A DNA stretch of 58,083 bases from NCBI GenBank assembly GCA_028699255.1, contig JAQVUX010000001.1:1-58083 (forward strand), written 5' to 3'. Position numbers and translations under genes: made by a program. This document shows, one piece after another, positions 47,748 through 58,083 of the stretch. Position 1 is the first letter of the stretch; every line of letters starts with the position of its first letter. The stretch is from Candidatus Omnitrophota bacterium. GTDB taxonomy: Bacteria; Omnitrophota; Gorgyraeia; 2-01-FULL-45-10. The notes under the pieces are model-generated. The model was given only the letters and a program-made list of their open reading frames with translations, searched no databases and had not been told where the DNA came from.

Positions 47748-50429
47748 ATGGAAGAACTACCGAAGGCGTATAATCCACACGAAGTTGAAGACAGGCTTTA
47801 CAAGGGCTGGGAAGAGAAGGGCTATTTCCACGCGGAGCCGAACTCGAAGAAGAAACCATATTCGATCGTCATCCCGCCACCGAATATAACCGGCATACTG
47901 CACATGGGACATGCCTTAAATGACACGTTGCAGGACATATTGATACGATTCAAGCGCATGCAGGGCTACGAGGCCGAGTGGATGCCGGGTACCGACCATG
48001 CGGGCATAGCGACGCAGAATGTCGTCGAGCGCAAGCTCGCCAAGGAAGGAAAGAAGCGCCAGGATCTCGGGCGCGAGAAGTTCGTCGACGAGGTGTGGAA
48101 ATGGCGCGAGGAGTACGGCACCACGATAATACGACAGCTCAAGAAGCTGGGCTGTTCGTGCGATTGGGAGAGGACGCGTTTCACCATGGACGAGGGGCTC
48201 TCCGACGCGGTGGTTGACGTATTCATAAAACTTTACGAAAAAGGCCTGATATACAGAGGCAACTACATAATCAACTGGTGTCCCAGGTGCCAGACGGCCC
48301 TGTCCGACGAAGAGAGCCAGCACCGCGATGTCGACGGCATGCTGTACCATATCAAATATCAGATCAAAGGCTCGAAGGAGCACATCATCGTAGCGACGAC
48401 ACGGCCCGAAACGATGTTGGGCGACTCTGCGATTGCGGTCAACCCCAAGGATAAGCGCTACAAAGATCTTAAAGGCAAGTCGGTGATCCTGCCGCTGGTG
48501 AATCGTGAACTTAAAATAATATTCGATCCGATAGTCGATCTCAAATTCGGCACCGGCGCGTTGAAGGTAACCCCGGCGCACGACCCTGTCGACTTCGAGC
48601 TCGGACGGAAGCATTCGCTCGAGCAGATAAACATAATGAACGACGACGCCAGCATAAACGCGCTGGGCGGAGACTATGAGGGTATGGACCGTTTCGAGGC
48701 GCGTGAGGCGATACTCGAAGACCTGAAGGCGCACGGCCTCTTCGTAAAGAGCGAGCCGCACCGCCACGCGGTCGGCCACTGCTACCGTTGCCATACGATG
48801 GTCGAGCCGCGGCTCTCGCCGCAGTGGTTCGTGAAGATGAAGCCTCTGGCGAAGCCCGCTATCGATGTAGTTCGCAAAGGCGAAGTCAAATTTTATCCCG
48901 AGCGCTGGACGAAAGTCTATCTCGAGTGGATGACGAATATCCGCGACTGGTGCATTTCGCGGCAGATATGGTGGGGGCATCGCATACCTGTATATTATTG
49001 CAAAAAATGTCAGGAACTGGAAAAGCAGAATCCAAATCCGGATACTCAAGCGGGCGTGATGGTTGCAAAGGCCCGGCCTGAAAAGTGCCCTAAGTGCGGA
49101 TCGACGGATATAGTACAGGATCCGGACGTGCTCGATACGTGGTTTTCGTCATGGCTTTGGCCTTTCTCGACGTTCGGATGGCCTAAGGAAACGCCGGAAC
49201 TGAAGTATTTCTATCCGACGAATACGCTGGCGACGGCGCAGGAGATAATATTCTTCTGGGTGGCGCGGATGATAATGGCCGGCATCGAATTCAGAGGCGC
49301 GGCGCCGTTCAAAGACGTATATATTCACGGTACGGTCAGGGACATTACCGGCACCAAGATGTCGAAGTCTTTAGGCAATGTTATCGACCCGCTCGACATG
49401 ATAGCCAAATACGGCACCGACGCGCTCCGTTTCAGCATCATATCGATCACCGCCCAGGGGCAGGACGTATTCCTCGCCGAGGGCAAATTCGAGCTTGGAA
49501 GGAACTTCGCCAATAAGCTCTGGAACGCTTCCCGTTTCATTCTCATGAACCTGAAGCCCGACGAGGTAGACGCCGACCTGTGCGTATTCTTTAAAGGCGC
49601 CCGCCTTACGCTTCCCGAGAAGTGGATACTCTCGAGCCTTTATTCCACGCTCGATTATGTAACGAAATGCCTCGACGAGTATAAGTTTAATGAAGCGGCC
49701 AATTCTATATATGAATTCATCTGGCACGAGTTCTGCGACTGGTACATCGAGACGGCGAAATCGACTATAAGTGAAAAGACGTCGCAGGTCATACTTTATA
49801 AAGTGCTGGAGAAGAGTTTAAGGATGCTCCATCCCATAATGCCGTTCGTTACCGAAGAGATATGGCAGAAGCTTCCATCCATATCTGCCGTCGTAGGCGA
49901 TTCCATAATGATACAATCGTGGCCGCACGTCCAGCAGGATATGATATCGAAAGAAGCGGAAGAAAAGATGAAGGAGCTCATCGAGATCATAACGACCATA
50001 CGCAATATACGCGCGGTGTGGAATATCGACCCGCAGACTTCTGTCAAGGTCATGGTTAATGTCCGCGACACTGCGACGGAAAAATTGCTTCAGGAAAACG
50101 CGGAGCTTATAAAACGCATGGCGCGCTCGTCGAGCCTTGCGATAGGTGCTCTCGCCAAACCCGCGAACGCCGCCGCGAGCGTCATCGGGCGGATCGAGGT
50201 ATATGTGCCGCTAGAAGGGCTCATAGATTTCGCGAAGGAACGCGCCAGGCTTGAGAAGGAAGAGGGGCGCATCTCCGCCGAGATCAAGGCTATAGGGGCG
50301 CGGCTTAAAGACAGGAACTTTACCGCCAAAGCGCCAAAAGAAGTGGTCGAGAAACAGGCGGGGCACAAGCTGGAGCTTGAAGACAGGCTTAAGAAATTGA
50401 AGAGTAATTTAAAGGGGATAACCGCGTAG
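47748..50429 (+). CDS. valS: Valine--tRNA ligase
   Basis: PPPN(I)TG.LHMGHA, KMSKSLGN, and a C-terminal coiled coil. 893 aa. Confidence 0.97.
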   Translation: MEELPKAYNPHEVEDRLYKGWEEKGYFHAEPNSKKKPYSIVIPPPNITGILHMGHALNDTLQDILIRFKRMQGYEAEWMPGTDHAGIATQNVVERKLAKEGKKRQDLGREKFVDEVWKWREEYGTTIIRQLKKLGCSCDWERTRFTMDEGLSDAVVDVFIKLYEKGLIYRGNYIINWCPRCQTALSDEESQHRDVDGMLYHIKYQIKGSKEHIIVATTRPETMLGDSAIAVNPKDKRYKDLKGKSVILPLVNRELKIIFDPIVDLKFGTGALKVTPAHDPVDFELGRKHSLEQINIMNDDASINALGGDYEGMDRFEAREAILEDLKAHGLFVKSEPHRHAVGHCYRCHTMVEPRLSPQWFVKMKPLAKPAIDVVRKGEVKFYPERWTKVYLEWMTNIRDWCISRQIWWGHRIPVYYCKKCQELEKQNPNPDTQAGVMVAKARPEKCPKCGSTDIVQDPDVLDTWFSSWLWPFSTFGWPKETPELKYFYPTNTLATAQEIIFFWVARMIMAGIEFRGAAPFKDVYIHGTVRDITGTKMSKSLGNVIDPLDMIAKYGTDALRFSIISITAQGQDVFLAEGKFELGRNFANKLWNASRFILMNLKPDEVDADLCVFFKGARLTLPEKWILSSLYSTLDYVTKCLDEYKFNEAANSIYEFIWHEFCDWYIETAKSTISEKTSQVILYKVLEKSLRMLHPIMPFVTEEIWQKLPSISAVVGDSIMIQSWPHVQQDMISKEAEEKMKELIEIITTIRNIRAVWNIDPQTSVKVMVNVRDTATEKLLQENAELIKRMARSSSLAIGALAKPANAAASVIGRIEVYVPLEGLIDFAKERARLEKEEGRISAEIKAIGARLKDRNFTAKAPKEVVEKQAGHKLELEDRLKKLKSNLKGITA

Positions 50430-50471
50430 GTTATCTACCGATCAATGCATGGCCAACCTACGCGGTTGGCC
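50418..50471. repeat. REP-like palindromic element, copy 3 (its left arm contains the valS stop codon)
   Basis: Cores at 50420-50432 and 50455-50467. The valS TAG is at 50427-50429. Confidence 0.85.
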
Positions 50472-50488
50472 AAATAAAGGGAGGGCAC

Positions 50489-50752
50489 ATGAGGTATTTA
50501 TTTGTAGTCGTAGCGATATTTGCGATGTCTTATGCCGGTATAGCAGTGGCTCAGGATGACGCTAAGAGCGCCGCCACGCAGGGCGCAGTGGAAAAACCGA
50601 TAGTAGTCGATTCGAACGATGCCCCCGCCGGCGATGACGACGGTTTTGAGGATCGCGAGTCCAGGAGGGTGCCGCCCGCGCAGGTTTACGACGAGAATAC
50701 GGGCATACCGAATGTCGTTGAAAGCGATAAAGAAGGGGAGATCGGCTGGTAA
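50489..50752 (+). CDS. Small acidic exported hypothetical protein
   Basis: ORF track. ggagg RBS, a signal peptide (VVAIFAMSYAGIAVA), and a TAATG overlap with nadC. Confidence 0.55.
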   Translation: MRYLFVVVAIFAMSYAGIAVAQDDAKSAATQGAVEKPIVVDSNDAPAGDDDGFEDRESRRVPPAQVYDENTGIPNVVESDKEGEIGW

Positions 50753-51627
50753 TGAAGCTCGAGAAGGAAAGGGCGCTACCGATAATCAAGGCCGCGCTTA
50801 AAGAAGACATAGGTAAAGGCGATATCACGACCACCGCGCTTGTTTCAGGTACTACGAGTTCGAAGGCGAGCATAATCGCCAAAGAGACCTGTGTGGTTTG
50901 CGGGCTCAAGATAGCGGAATGGGTGATGGCGCAGATCGACTTCAGTGTGAGATTTAAGCCGAACTGCGACGACGGAAGTTTTGTGGGAAACACCAAGGAG
51001 ATCGCTTATCTCGAGGGGCATACCGGTTCTATTATGCGAGCGGAGAGGACGATGCTCAATTTCCTGTCGTTCTTGAGCGCCGTGGCTACGACAACGAAAG
51101 CATACGCCGACAAAGCGAGGCCGTACGGAGTTAAGATTATGGATACGCGCAAGACCTTGCCGCTCATGAGGTATTTGGAAAAATATGCCGTATTTACCGG
51201 CGGCGGCGCGAACCACAGGATGGGATTGTACGATCAGGTTTTAATAAAAGATAATCATATAGGCGTATTGCGCCAGACTGCCGGTAGTGAAAATAAGAAG
51301 ATTGCATTAAAAACAATAGTCGAGACGGCGAGAAGGAAGAGTGTAAAAGGAACGGTTATCGAGATAGAGGTCGCGTCGATCGAGGAGTTCAATGACGCAC
51401 TCGCGGGGAAACCGGACATCATAATGCTCGACAATATGTCGCCCGAGGACGTCAGGGCGTGCGTCGAGATACGCCGCTTGTCGAAGGTGAAGCCTGTTAT
51501 CGAGGTCTCGGGAGGCATAACCCTGGATACGATCGAATCCTTCGCGAAAACGAAGCCGGACGTTATTTCTATAGGATCGCTTACGGCATCGATAAAATCG
51601 ATAGATATGTCGCTGGAAATCGTGTGA
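50752..51627 (+). CDS. nadC: Nicotinate-nucleotide diphosphorylase (carboxylating)
   Basis: Typical QPRTase pattern (L.ED.G.GDIT, R..LN(F)L...S..AT, DTRKT.P..R...KYAV..GG..NHR..L.D...IKDNH, MLDN). Confidence 0.93.
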   Translation: MKLEKERALPIIKAALKEDIGKGDITTTALVSGTTSSKASIIAKETCVVCGLKIAEWVMAQIDFSVRFKPNCDDGSFVGNTKEIAYLEGHTGSIMRAERTMLNFLSFLSAVATTTKAYADKARPYGVKIMDTRKTLPLMRYLEKYAVFTGGGANHRMGLYDQVLIKDNHIGVLRQTAGSENKKIALKTIVETARRKSVKGTVIEIEVASIEEFNDALAGKPDIIMLDNMSPEDVRACVEIRRLSKVKPVIEVSGGITLDTIESFAKTKPDVISIGSLTASIKSIDMSLEIV

Positions 51628-53648
51628 AAAAAGCGAACTTCAAATTAGTCAGCAAATTCAAACCCGACGGCGACCAGCCTGAAGCTATACGAAAATTGAC
51701 CGAGGCGCTGGAGCGCGGCTCCGGCTATCAGACTCTCCTCGGAGTTACCGGTTCGGGTAAGACGTTTACCATGGCCAACGTCATCGCCAATATCGGCCGT
51801 CCAGCCCTGATAATCTCTCACAACAAGACGCTCGCCGCCCAGCTTTACAGCGAATTTAAAGAATTTTTCCCGGAAAATGCCGTGGAGTATTTTGTAAGTT
51901 ACTACGATTACTACCAGCCGGAAGCGTATATACCTCATACGGACATATACATCGAGAAGGATTCGTCCATAAACGAGGACATCGACCGCCTGCGCCTTTC
52001 GGCTACGAGTTCACTTATGTCCCGGGACGACTGTATTGTCGTCGCCAGCGTCTCCTGTATATACGGCCTCGGTTCTCCGGGCGAATACGGCGAGATGCTC
52101 TTTCATGTGGAAGAGGCGCAGGATATTTCCAGGGACGAGATACTGAAGAGGCTTATCGACATACACTATGAGCGTAATGATTACGATTTCAAGCGCTCGA
52201 CTTTTCGGGTGCGCGGAGATACCGTCGAGATTTTTCCGGCATATACAAAGACCGCTTACAGGATAGAGCAGTTTGGCGATAAGGTCGAGGGGATATACGA
52301 GATCGACCCGCTGACCGGCAAGGCGTTAAATCGTCTGCAGAAGGCCGGCATCTATCCGGCCAAGCACTTTGTTACCACCCCGGACAGGATCGAGTCGTCC
52401 GTCAAATCCATCGAAGAGGAACTCGCCGGGCGCCTTGCGGAATTGAGAGCGCAGAATAAACTCGTCGAAGCCCAGCGCCTCGAGTCGCGGACACATTACG
52501 ATATCGAGATGATGAGGGAGATAGGCTATTGCAGTGGCATAGAGAACTATTCGCGCCATCTGTCCAATCGCTCTTCCGGTTCACGGCCGTGGTGCCTCAT
52601 CGATTATTTCCCCAAAGGCTTCATCACCTTTATAGATGAATCGCACGTTACGATCCCGCAGATACGCGGCATGTATAACGGCGACAGGGCGAGGAAAGAG
52701 ACGCTGATCGAATACGGTTTCCGGCTTCCGTCGGCTTTGGACAACAGGCCTCTGCGGTTTGAAGAGTTCGAAGCTCTCGTGCGCCCGATAACATTCGTAT
52801 CGGCCACGCCAAATGAGTACGAACTGAACAAATCGGAAGGAAAGATATTTGAGCAGTTGATACGCCCCACGGGCCTTATCGATCCGCCGATAGATGTCAG
52901 GCCGAGCAAGGGGCAGATAGACGATCTCATTAAGGAAATATCTTCCCGCGCGGAAAGAAAAGAGCGCGTGCTCGTCACGACACTTACCAAGCGGCTCGCC
53001 GAAGACCTGGCGCGATACTTGAGCGATCTCGGGCTCAAAGTCAAATATCTCCATTCCGACATGGATGCCATCGAGCGCGTAGAGGTACTGCGCGATCTCC
53101 GTCTGAATAAATTCGACTGTCTGGTCGGGATAAATCTGCTGAGGGAAGGACTCGACCTGCCCGAGGTATCGCTCGTAGCGATACTCGACGCGGACAAAGA
53201 GGGTTTTCTGAGAAGCCAGACGAGCTTGATACAGGTCGCCGGCCGCGCCGCGCGTCACCTCAACGGACGTGTTATAATGTACGCCGATACCGTTACCGGC
53301 TCGATGAAGCGCGCCATAAGCGAATGCGTCCGGCGCCGTAAGATACAGACGGAATTCAACACGGCGAATAACATAACACCGCGCTCCATAGAGAAGGCGG
53401 TCAAGGAAGGCATCGAATCATATAAGAAGGCGCGGGAGGTTATCGCGAGCGTTGTCGAGGAGACGGATGACCAGTATGACCTGACCGCTTTGATAGGCGA
53501 GCTTCAACACGACATGGAAGTGGCCGCGCGCAACCTGCAATTCGAGAAAGCCGCCATCCTGCGTGATCAGATAAAAGAATTGCGGGAAAAACTCGGGAAA
53601 GGCCCCGGAGGGCCGGGCGGGCAGGAACCGGAGAGCGCGAAGAAATGA
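51624..53648 (+). CDS. uvrB: Excinuclease ABC subunit B
   Basis: GTG start at 51624 ([22 protein letters not shown]), overlapping the nadC stop as [18 protein letters not shown], and a C-terminal UVR motif. Confidence 0.95.
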   Translation: MKKANFKLVSKFKPDGDQPEAIRKLTEALERGSGYQTLLGVTGSGKTFTMANVIANIGRPALIISHNKTLAAQLYSEFKEFFPENAVEYFVSYYDYYQPEAYIPHTDIYIEKDSSINEDIDRLRLSATSSLMSRDDCIVVASVSCIYGLGSPGEYGEMLFHVEEAQDISRDEILKRLIDIHYERNDYDFKRSTFRVRGDTVEIFPAYTKTAYRIEQFGDKVEGIYEIDPLTGKALNRLQKAGIYPAKHFVTTPDRIESSVKSIEEELAGRLAELRAQNKLVEAQRLESRTHYDIEMMREIGYCSGIENYSRHLSNRSSGSRPWCLIDYFPKGFITFIDESHVTIPQIRGMYNGDRARKETLIEYGFRLPSALDNRPLRFEEFEALVRPITFVSATPNEYELNKSEGKIFEQLIRPTGLIDPPIDVRPSKGQIDDLIKEISSRAERKERVLVTTLTKRLAEDLARYLSDLGLKVKYLHSDMDAIERVEVLRDLRLNKFDCLVGINLLREGLDLPEVSLVAILDADKEGFLRSQTSLIQVAGRAARHLNGRVIMYADTVTGSMKRAISECVRRRKIQTEFNTANNITPRSIEKAVKEGIESYKKAREVIASVVEETDDQYDLTALIGELQHDMEVAARNLQFEKAAILRDQIKELREKLGKGPGGPGGQEPESAKK

Positions 53649-54634
53649 TAGACGAGAAGATATTATCCAGGCTGAGAAATAACCCGGACCATGTATCGGG
53701 CGAGGACCTGTGTAAAATCGCCGATGTTTCCAGGGCCGCGATATGGAAACATATCGAGAAGCTTCGGGAAGAAGGTTACGCGATAGAAGCTTCGCCGCAT
53801 TTAGGCTATCGCCTTAACGGCATACCCGACCGGCTTATTCCCGCCGAGATAAAGTGGAGGCTTAAGTCTAAAGTTATAGGGCGCGAAATAATCTCTTACC
53901 GGAAGGCCGGCTCGACCAACGATATCGCATATTCTCTGGCAGAAAAAGGCCTGAAAGAAGGCGCCGTGATACTCGCCGAAGAACAGGAGCAGGGTAAGGG
54001 CCGGCATGGACGCACTTGGCTTTCGCCATCGAAAGGCGGGATATATTTTTCGGTTATTTTGCGTCCGCGGATCGCGCCGGTCGAGATACCCAGGATAACA
54101 CTGGTGGCGGCTGTCGCCGTCGCCCGGACCATAAGGGATGTGACAGCTCTACCCGCGATGATAAAATGGCCTAATGACATTTTGATCAATCATGGTAAGG
54201 TCTGCGGCATTCTTACAGAGATGAAGGCGGAACAGGACAGCGCCGATTTTATCGTTATAGGAATAGGTATAAATGTAAATACGCCCGTTCGACAATTACC
54301 TAAGGGCGCCACATCATTAAAGGAAGAGCTTGCGCACCACAATAAAGGCGAGGGCGTCTCCCGCATTGAACTTACTAAACGGCTTATCGAGCGGCTCGAA
54401 GAATATTATTTTATATTGAAAACGGAAGGCCCCGGCAGGATAATGGATGAGTGGAAGCACCTATCCGGTATACTTGGCTCGAGGATAAAGGTTGTTTTAC
54501 CGAACCGGACTTTTGAAGCCCTGGCGCACGACATAGATCCGGACGGAGCGCTTGTGGTGCGAAGAGACGAAGGTACACTGGAGAAGATATCGTCCGGTGA
54601 CATAGTTATGGTGAGGCAGGGGAGTGAAAAATGA
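53645..54634 (+). CDS. birA: Bifunctional biotin-protein ligase / biotin operon repressor
   Basis: N-terminal wHTH (SGE.L......SR.A..K.I..L...G) and the ligase motif [10 protein letters not shown]. Confidence 0.92.
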   Translation: MIDEKILSRLRNNPDHVSGEDLCKIADVSRAAIWKHIEKLREEGYAIEASPHLGYRLNGIPDRLIPAEIKWRLKSKVIGREIISYRKAGSTNDIAYSLAEKGLKEGAVILAEEQEQGKGRHGRTWLSPSKGGIYFSVILRPRIAPVEIPRITLVAAVAVARTIRDVTALPAMIKWPNDILINHGKVCGILTEMKAEQDSADFIVIGIGINVNTPVRQLPKGATSLKEELAHHNKGEGVSRIELTKRLIERLEEYYFILKTEGPGRIMDEWKHLSGILGSRIKVVLPNRTFEALAHDIDPDGALVVRRDEGTLEKISSGDIVMVRQGSEK

Positions 54635-55407
54635 ATAATTTGATCACTGTAGATATAGGTAATACCAACATAACGGCGGGCGTTTTTAAAGGTAAAAGTT
54701 TAACTGTTAAAATCAAGATACCTACCCATACATATTCTTTATACGAATCGTATCTAAAAAAAATGTTTGCGAAGTCCGGCGTAGGGCGCCGGGAAAAAAT
54801 AGATGTAATCGTATCGAGCGTGGTGCCGGTAGCCTTAAGCCGTTTTATAATGCATCTGAACAAGGTCGCGGACTGCCGTATAACGGTGTTAGGCCGTGAC
54901 ATAAAAGTGCCGGTGAAGAATATGTACCGGGTAAAGTCCGAGGTCGGACAAGACCGGCTTGTGAACGCTTATGCGGCCCGTGTTCTTTACGGGGCGCCCG
55001 CCGTCATAATCGACTTCGGTACCGCCATAACATTTGATGTCGTCTCCGCGCGGGGCGACTATTTAGGCGGGCTGATATTGCCGGGCATAGGCATATCGCT
55101 CTCCAGCCTTTACGAAAAGACCGCGCTATTGCCAAAGGTAGACCTGAAGGCCGCCGCGGACATAATAGGCAGGGATACGGTTAATAGTATGCGCGGTGGG
55201 ATACTCTTCGGGTTTGGTGCGATGTGCGACGGCCTGGTCGCGAAGTATAAAAATATTTTAGGCTCATCTGTCAAGATTATCGCCACCGGCGGTAACGCCG
55301 CGCTCATAAAGCGATATGCCCATTCTATCCGGATCCTCGACGAAGATATAACCCTCAAAGGCCTTTATCTTATTTTTCATAATTCTGTCATGCCCTTCAA
55401 TAGCTGA
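54631..55407 (+). CDS. coaX: Type III pantothenate kinase
   Basis: L..DIGNT N-terminus, a D.GTA motif, and a GG...L tail. ATGA overlap with birA. Confidence 0.92.
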   Translation: MNNLITVDIGNTNITAGVFKGKSLTVKIKIPTHTYSLYESYLKKMFAKSGVGRREKIDVIVSSVVPVALSRFIMHLNKVADCRITVLGRDIKVPVKNMYRVKSEVGQDRLVNAYAARVLYGAPAVIIDFGTAITFDVVSARGDYLGGLILPGIGISLSSLYEKTALLPKVDLKAAADIIGRDTVNSMRGGILFGFGAMCDGLVAKYKNILGSSVKIIATGGNAALIKRYAHSIRILDEDITLKGLYLIFHNSVMPFNS

Positions 55408-55440
55408 GTACCCGCAGGGTTTCGTAGAAATTAAAAAATC

Positions 55441-55468
55441 TTGACAAAATTCCCGGATTTCGTATAAT
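55441..55468 (+). promoter_or_regulatory. Sigma-70-type promoter of groESL
   Basis: Consensus TTGACA (55441-55446), a 16-nt spacer, then consensus TATAAT (55463-55468). Confidence 0.8.
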
Positions 55469-55472
55469 GCTG

Positions 55473-55499
55473 TTAGCACTCAACGGTAGTGAGTGCTAA
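55473..55499 (+). promoter_or_regulatory. CIRCE operator (HrcA binding site)
   Basis: Perfect TTAGCACTC-N9-GAGTGCTAA located 4 nt after the -10 box. Confidence 0.95.
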
Positions 55500-55538
55500 G
55501 TTCGAAAAATCAAATTTATAACGAAGGAGGGGTGTAGC

Positions 55539-55823
55539 ATGAAGATCCAGCCATTGGCGGACAGGGTAGTGGTTAAAGTCCTCGAAGCCAAAGATGTGAC
55601 GAAAGGCGGTATACTTCTGCCTGATACGGCAAAAGAGAAGCCGCAGGAAGCCGAAGTGATCGCGGTAGGCAAAGGTAAGGTTTGTGACGGTAAGACGGTA
55701 TCTCCCGAGGTGAAGGTCGGCGATAAGATATTGTTCGGAAAATATACCGGCACCGAAATAACGATGGATAGCAAAGAGTATCTGATACTTAAAGAAGAAG
55801 ATATTCTGGCGATAGTGAAATAA
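55539..55823 (+). CDS. groES: Co-chaperonin GroES
   Basis: MKI.PL.DRV.V.......T.GGI..PD.A.EKP..G.V.AVG.G pattern. Confidence 0.97.
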   Translation: MKIQPLADRVVVKVLEAKDVTKGGILLPDTAKEKPQEAEVIAVGKGKVCDGKTVSPEVKVGDKILFGKYTGTEITMDSKEYLILKEEDILAIVK

Positions 55824-55835
55824 CAAAACTAATAA

Positions 55836-57494
<1,659 letters not shown>

Positions 57495-57507
57495 GATTAA
57501 TGTCAGT

Positions 57508-57557
57508 CAACCGCGTAGGTTAGCCAGGTGTTTGCAACCGGATAACCTACGCGGTTG
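57508..57557. repeat. REP-like palindromic element, copy 4
   Basis: Cores at 57509-57521 and 57544-57556, starting 14 nt after the groEL stop. Confidence 0.85.
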
Positions 57558-57573
57558 TACGGTTAATGATCAA

Positions 57574-57609
57574 ATGGCTCGGAGGTTAAATTCTCCGGGC
57601 CATTTTTTT
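57574..57609 (+). terminator. Rho-independent terminator of groESL
   Basis: atggctcggag-8nt-ctccgggccat (one G-U pair) followed by a T7 run. Confidence 0.85.
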
Positions 57610-57666
57610 ATTTTCACGGCTTGCAAAAATACATTTTGAGATATATACTCTAACGAGGAGGGCAGA

Positions 57667-57957
57667 ATGAAGATAAAGATTACGTTATCGGTAATGATTA
57701 TAATCGCTATTTTTTGTGCGCCCGTACATGCGGTCAGCATCGTTGACAAAGTGCTGTACAAAGAAGTGCAGTTGCAAATGTACAATCAGAAGCTACTGGT
57801 GAATCGCATCACGGGCGAGGTAAAATATGTATGGCAAAACCCCACGTCCGTGCTTATTAACGGCAAGAGTATATCCAAGGATGGGGACTGGGTATTTATC
57901 GCCGATCCAAATACGAGAAAGATGTGGCAGGAGATATATAACAGAGAAAATACGTAA
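57667..57957 (+). CDS. Small exported hypothetical protein (96 aa)
   Basis: ORF track. gaggagg RBS and a signal peptide (VMIIIAIFCAPVHA). Confidence 0.55.
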   Translation: MKIKITLSVMIIIAIFCAPVHAVSIVDKVLYKEVQLQMYNQKLLVNRITGEVKYVWQNPTSVLINGKSISKDGDWVFIADPNTRKMWQEIYNRENT

Positions 57958-57988
57958 TGGTAATAAAAAACAAACCGGAGGAAGTAAG

Positions 57989-58083
57989 ATGAAGAAAGCT
58001 ATCACAATATTTTTTATAATGGTAATGGCTGTAGGTTTGGCTGTCAGCGCGTACGCGTCCGACTATCAGGGGAAAGAGAAGCA
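57989..58083 (+). CDS. Hypothetical exported protein, 5' fragment (runs off the window)
   Basis: ATG 57989 preceded by ggaggaag. Signal peptide MKKAITIFFIMVMAVGLAVSAYA. Confidence 0.45.
   Translation, partial: MKKAITIFFIMVMAVGLAVSAYASDYQGKEK

Noticed and set aside
47916-49049. 377-aa ORF on the minus strand. Other long antisense ORFs include 40669-41586 (305 aa), 34345-35124 (259 aa), 42737-43486 (249 aa) and 52581-53258 (225 aa).
   Set aside because: All lie antisense to strongly supported genes (valS, thrC/apgM, rbr/rSAM, lysC, uvrB). Their products are Arg/Leu/His-rich and low-complexity without motifs, which is typical of shadow ORFs in moderately GC-rich coding DNA.

Overview
The 58-kb window is almost entirely housekeeping genes on the + strand, at roughly 50-55% GC, from an apparently anaerobic bacterium whose taxon I cannot assign by eye. 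It opens with the 3' end of an rRNA operon (partial 23S, then 5S). In order, the main gene blocks are:
- lepB and an SPFH-family gene
- an EF-G paralog, yebC and ruvCAB
- queH, a spoIID-like gene, queA, tgt, yajC, secDF and recJ
- rpmB (- strand), recG, rsmD, coaD, pta and ackA
- rpmF, plsX, fabH and fabD
- gpsA, tRNA-Pro, then hom, thrC, an ApgM-like gene, lysC and cimA
- a RelE/ParE toxin-antitoxin pair
- valS, nadC, uvrB, birA and coaX
- CIRCE-controlled groES-groEL

Three things are not ordinary.
1. The larger intergenic gaps hold a family of structured palindromic elements. Two copies are near-identical and at least two more are diverged. Their hairpin loops are conserved while the stems carry compensatory changes. 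Other long hairpins accompany them.
2. A separate REP-like element has a 13-nt core, AACCGCGTAGGTT, arranged as inverted pairs. It occurs four times at gene 3' ends. One copy contains the valS stop codon and another supplies the RBS of a PEBP gene.
3. An AT-rich (~38% GC) orphan gene for a 719-aa secreted protein cuts off the fab cluster after fabD. It is followed by an unusual block: rubrerythrin, a radical-SAM enzyme, a small secreted protein, a beta-propeller protein and a PEBP protein.

I found no CRISPR array, transposase, integrase or recognisable defence system. All homology calls rest on motifs read by eye.
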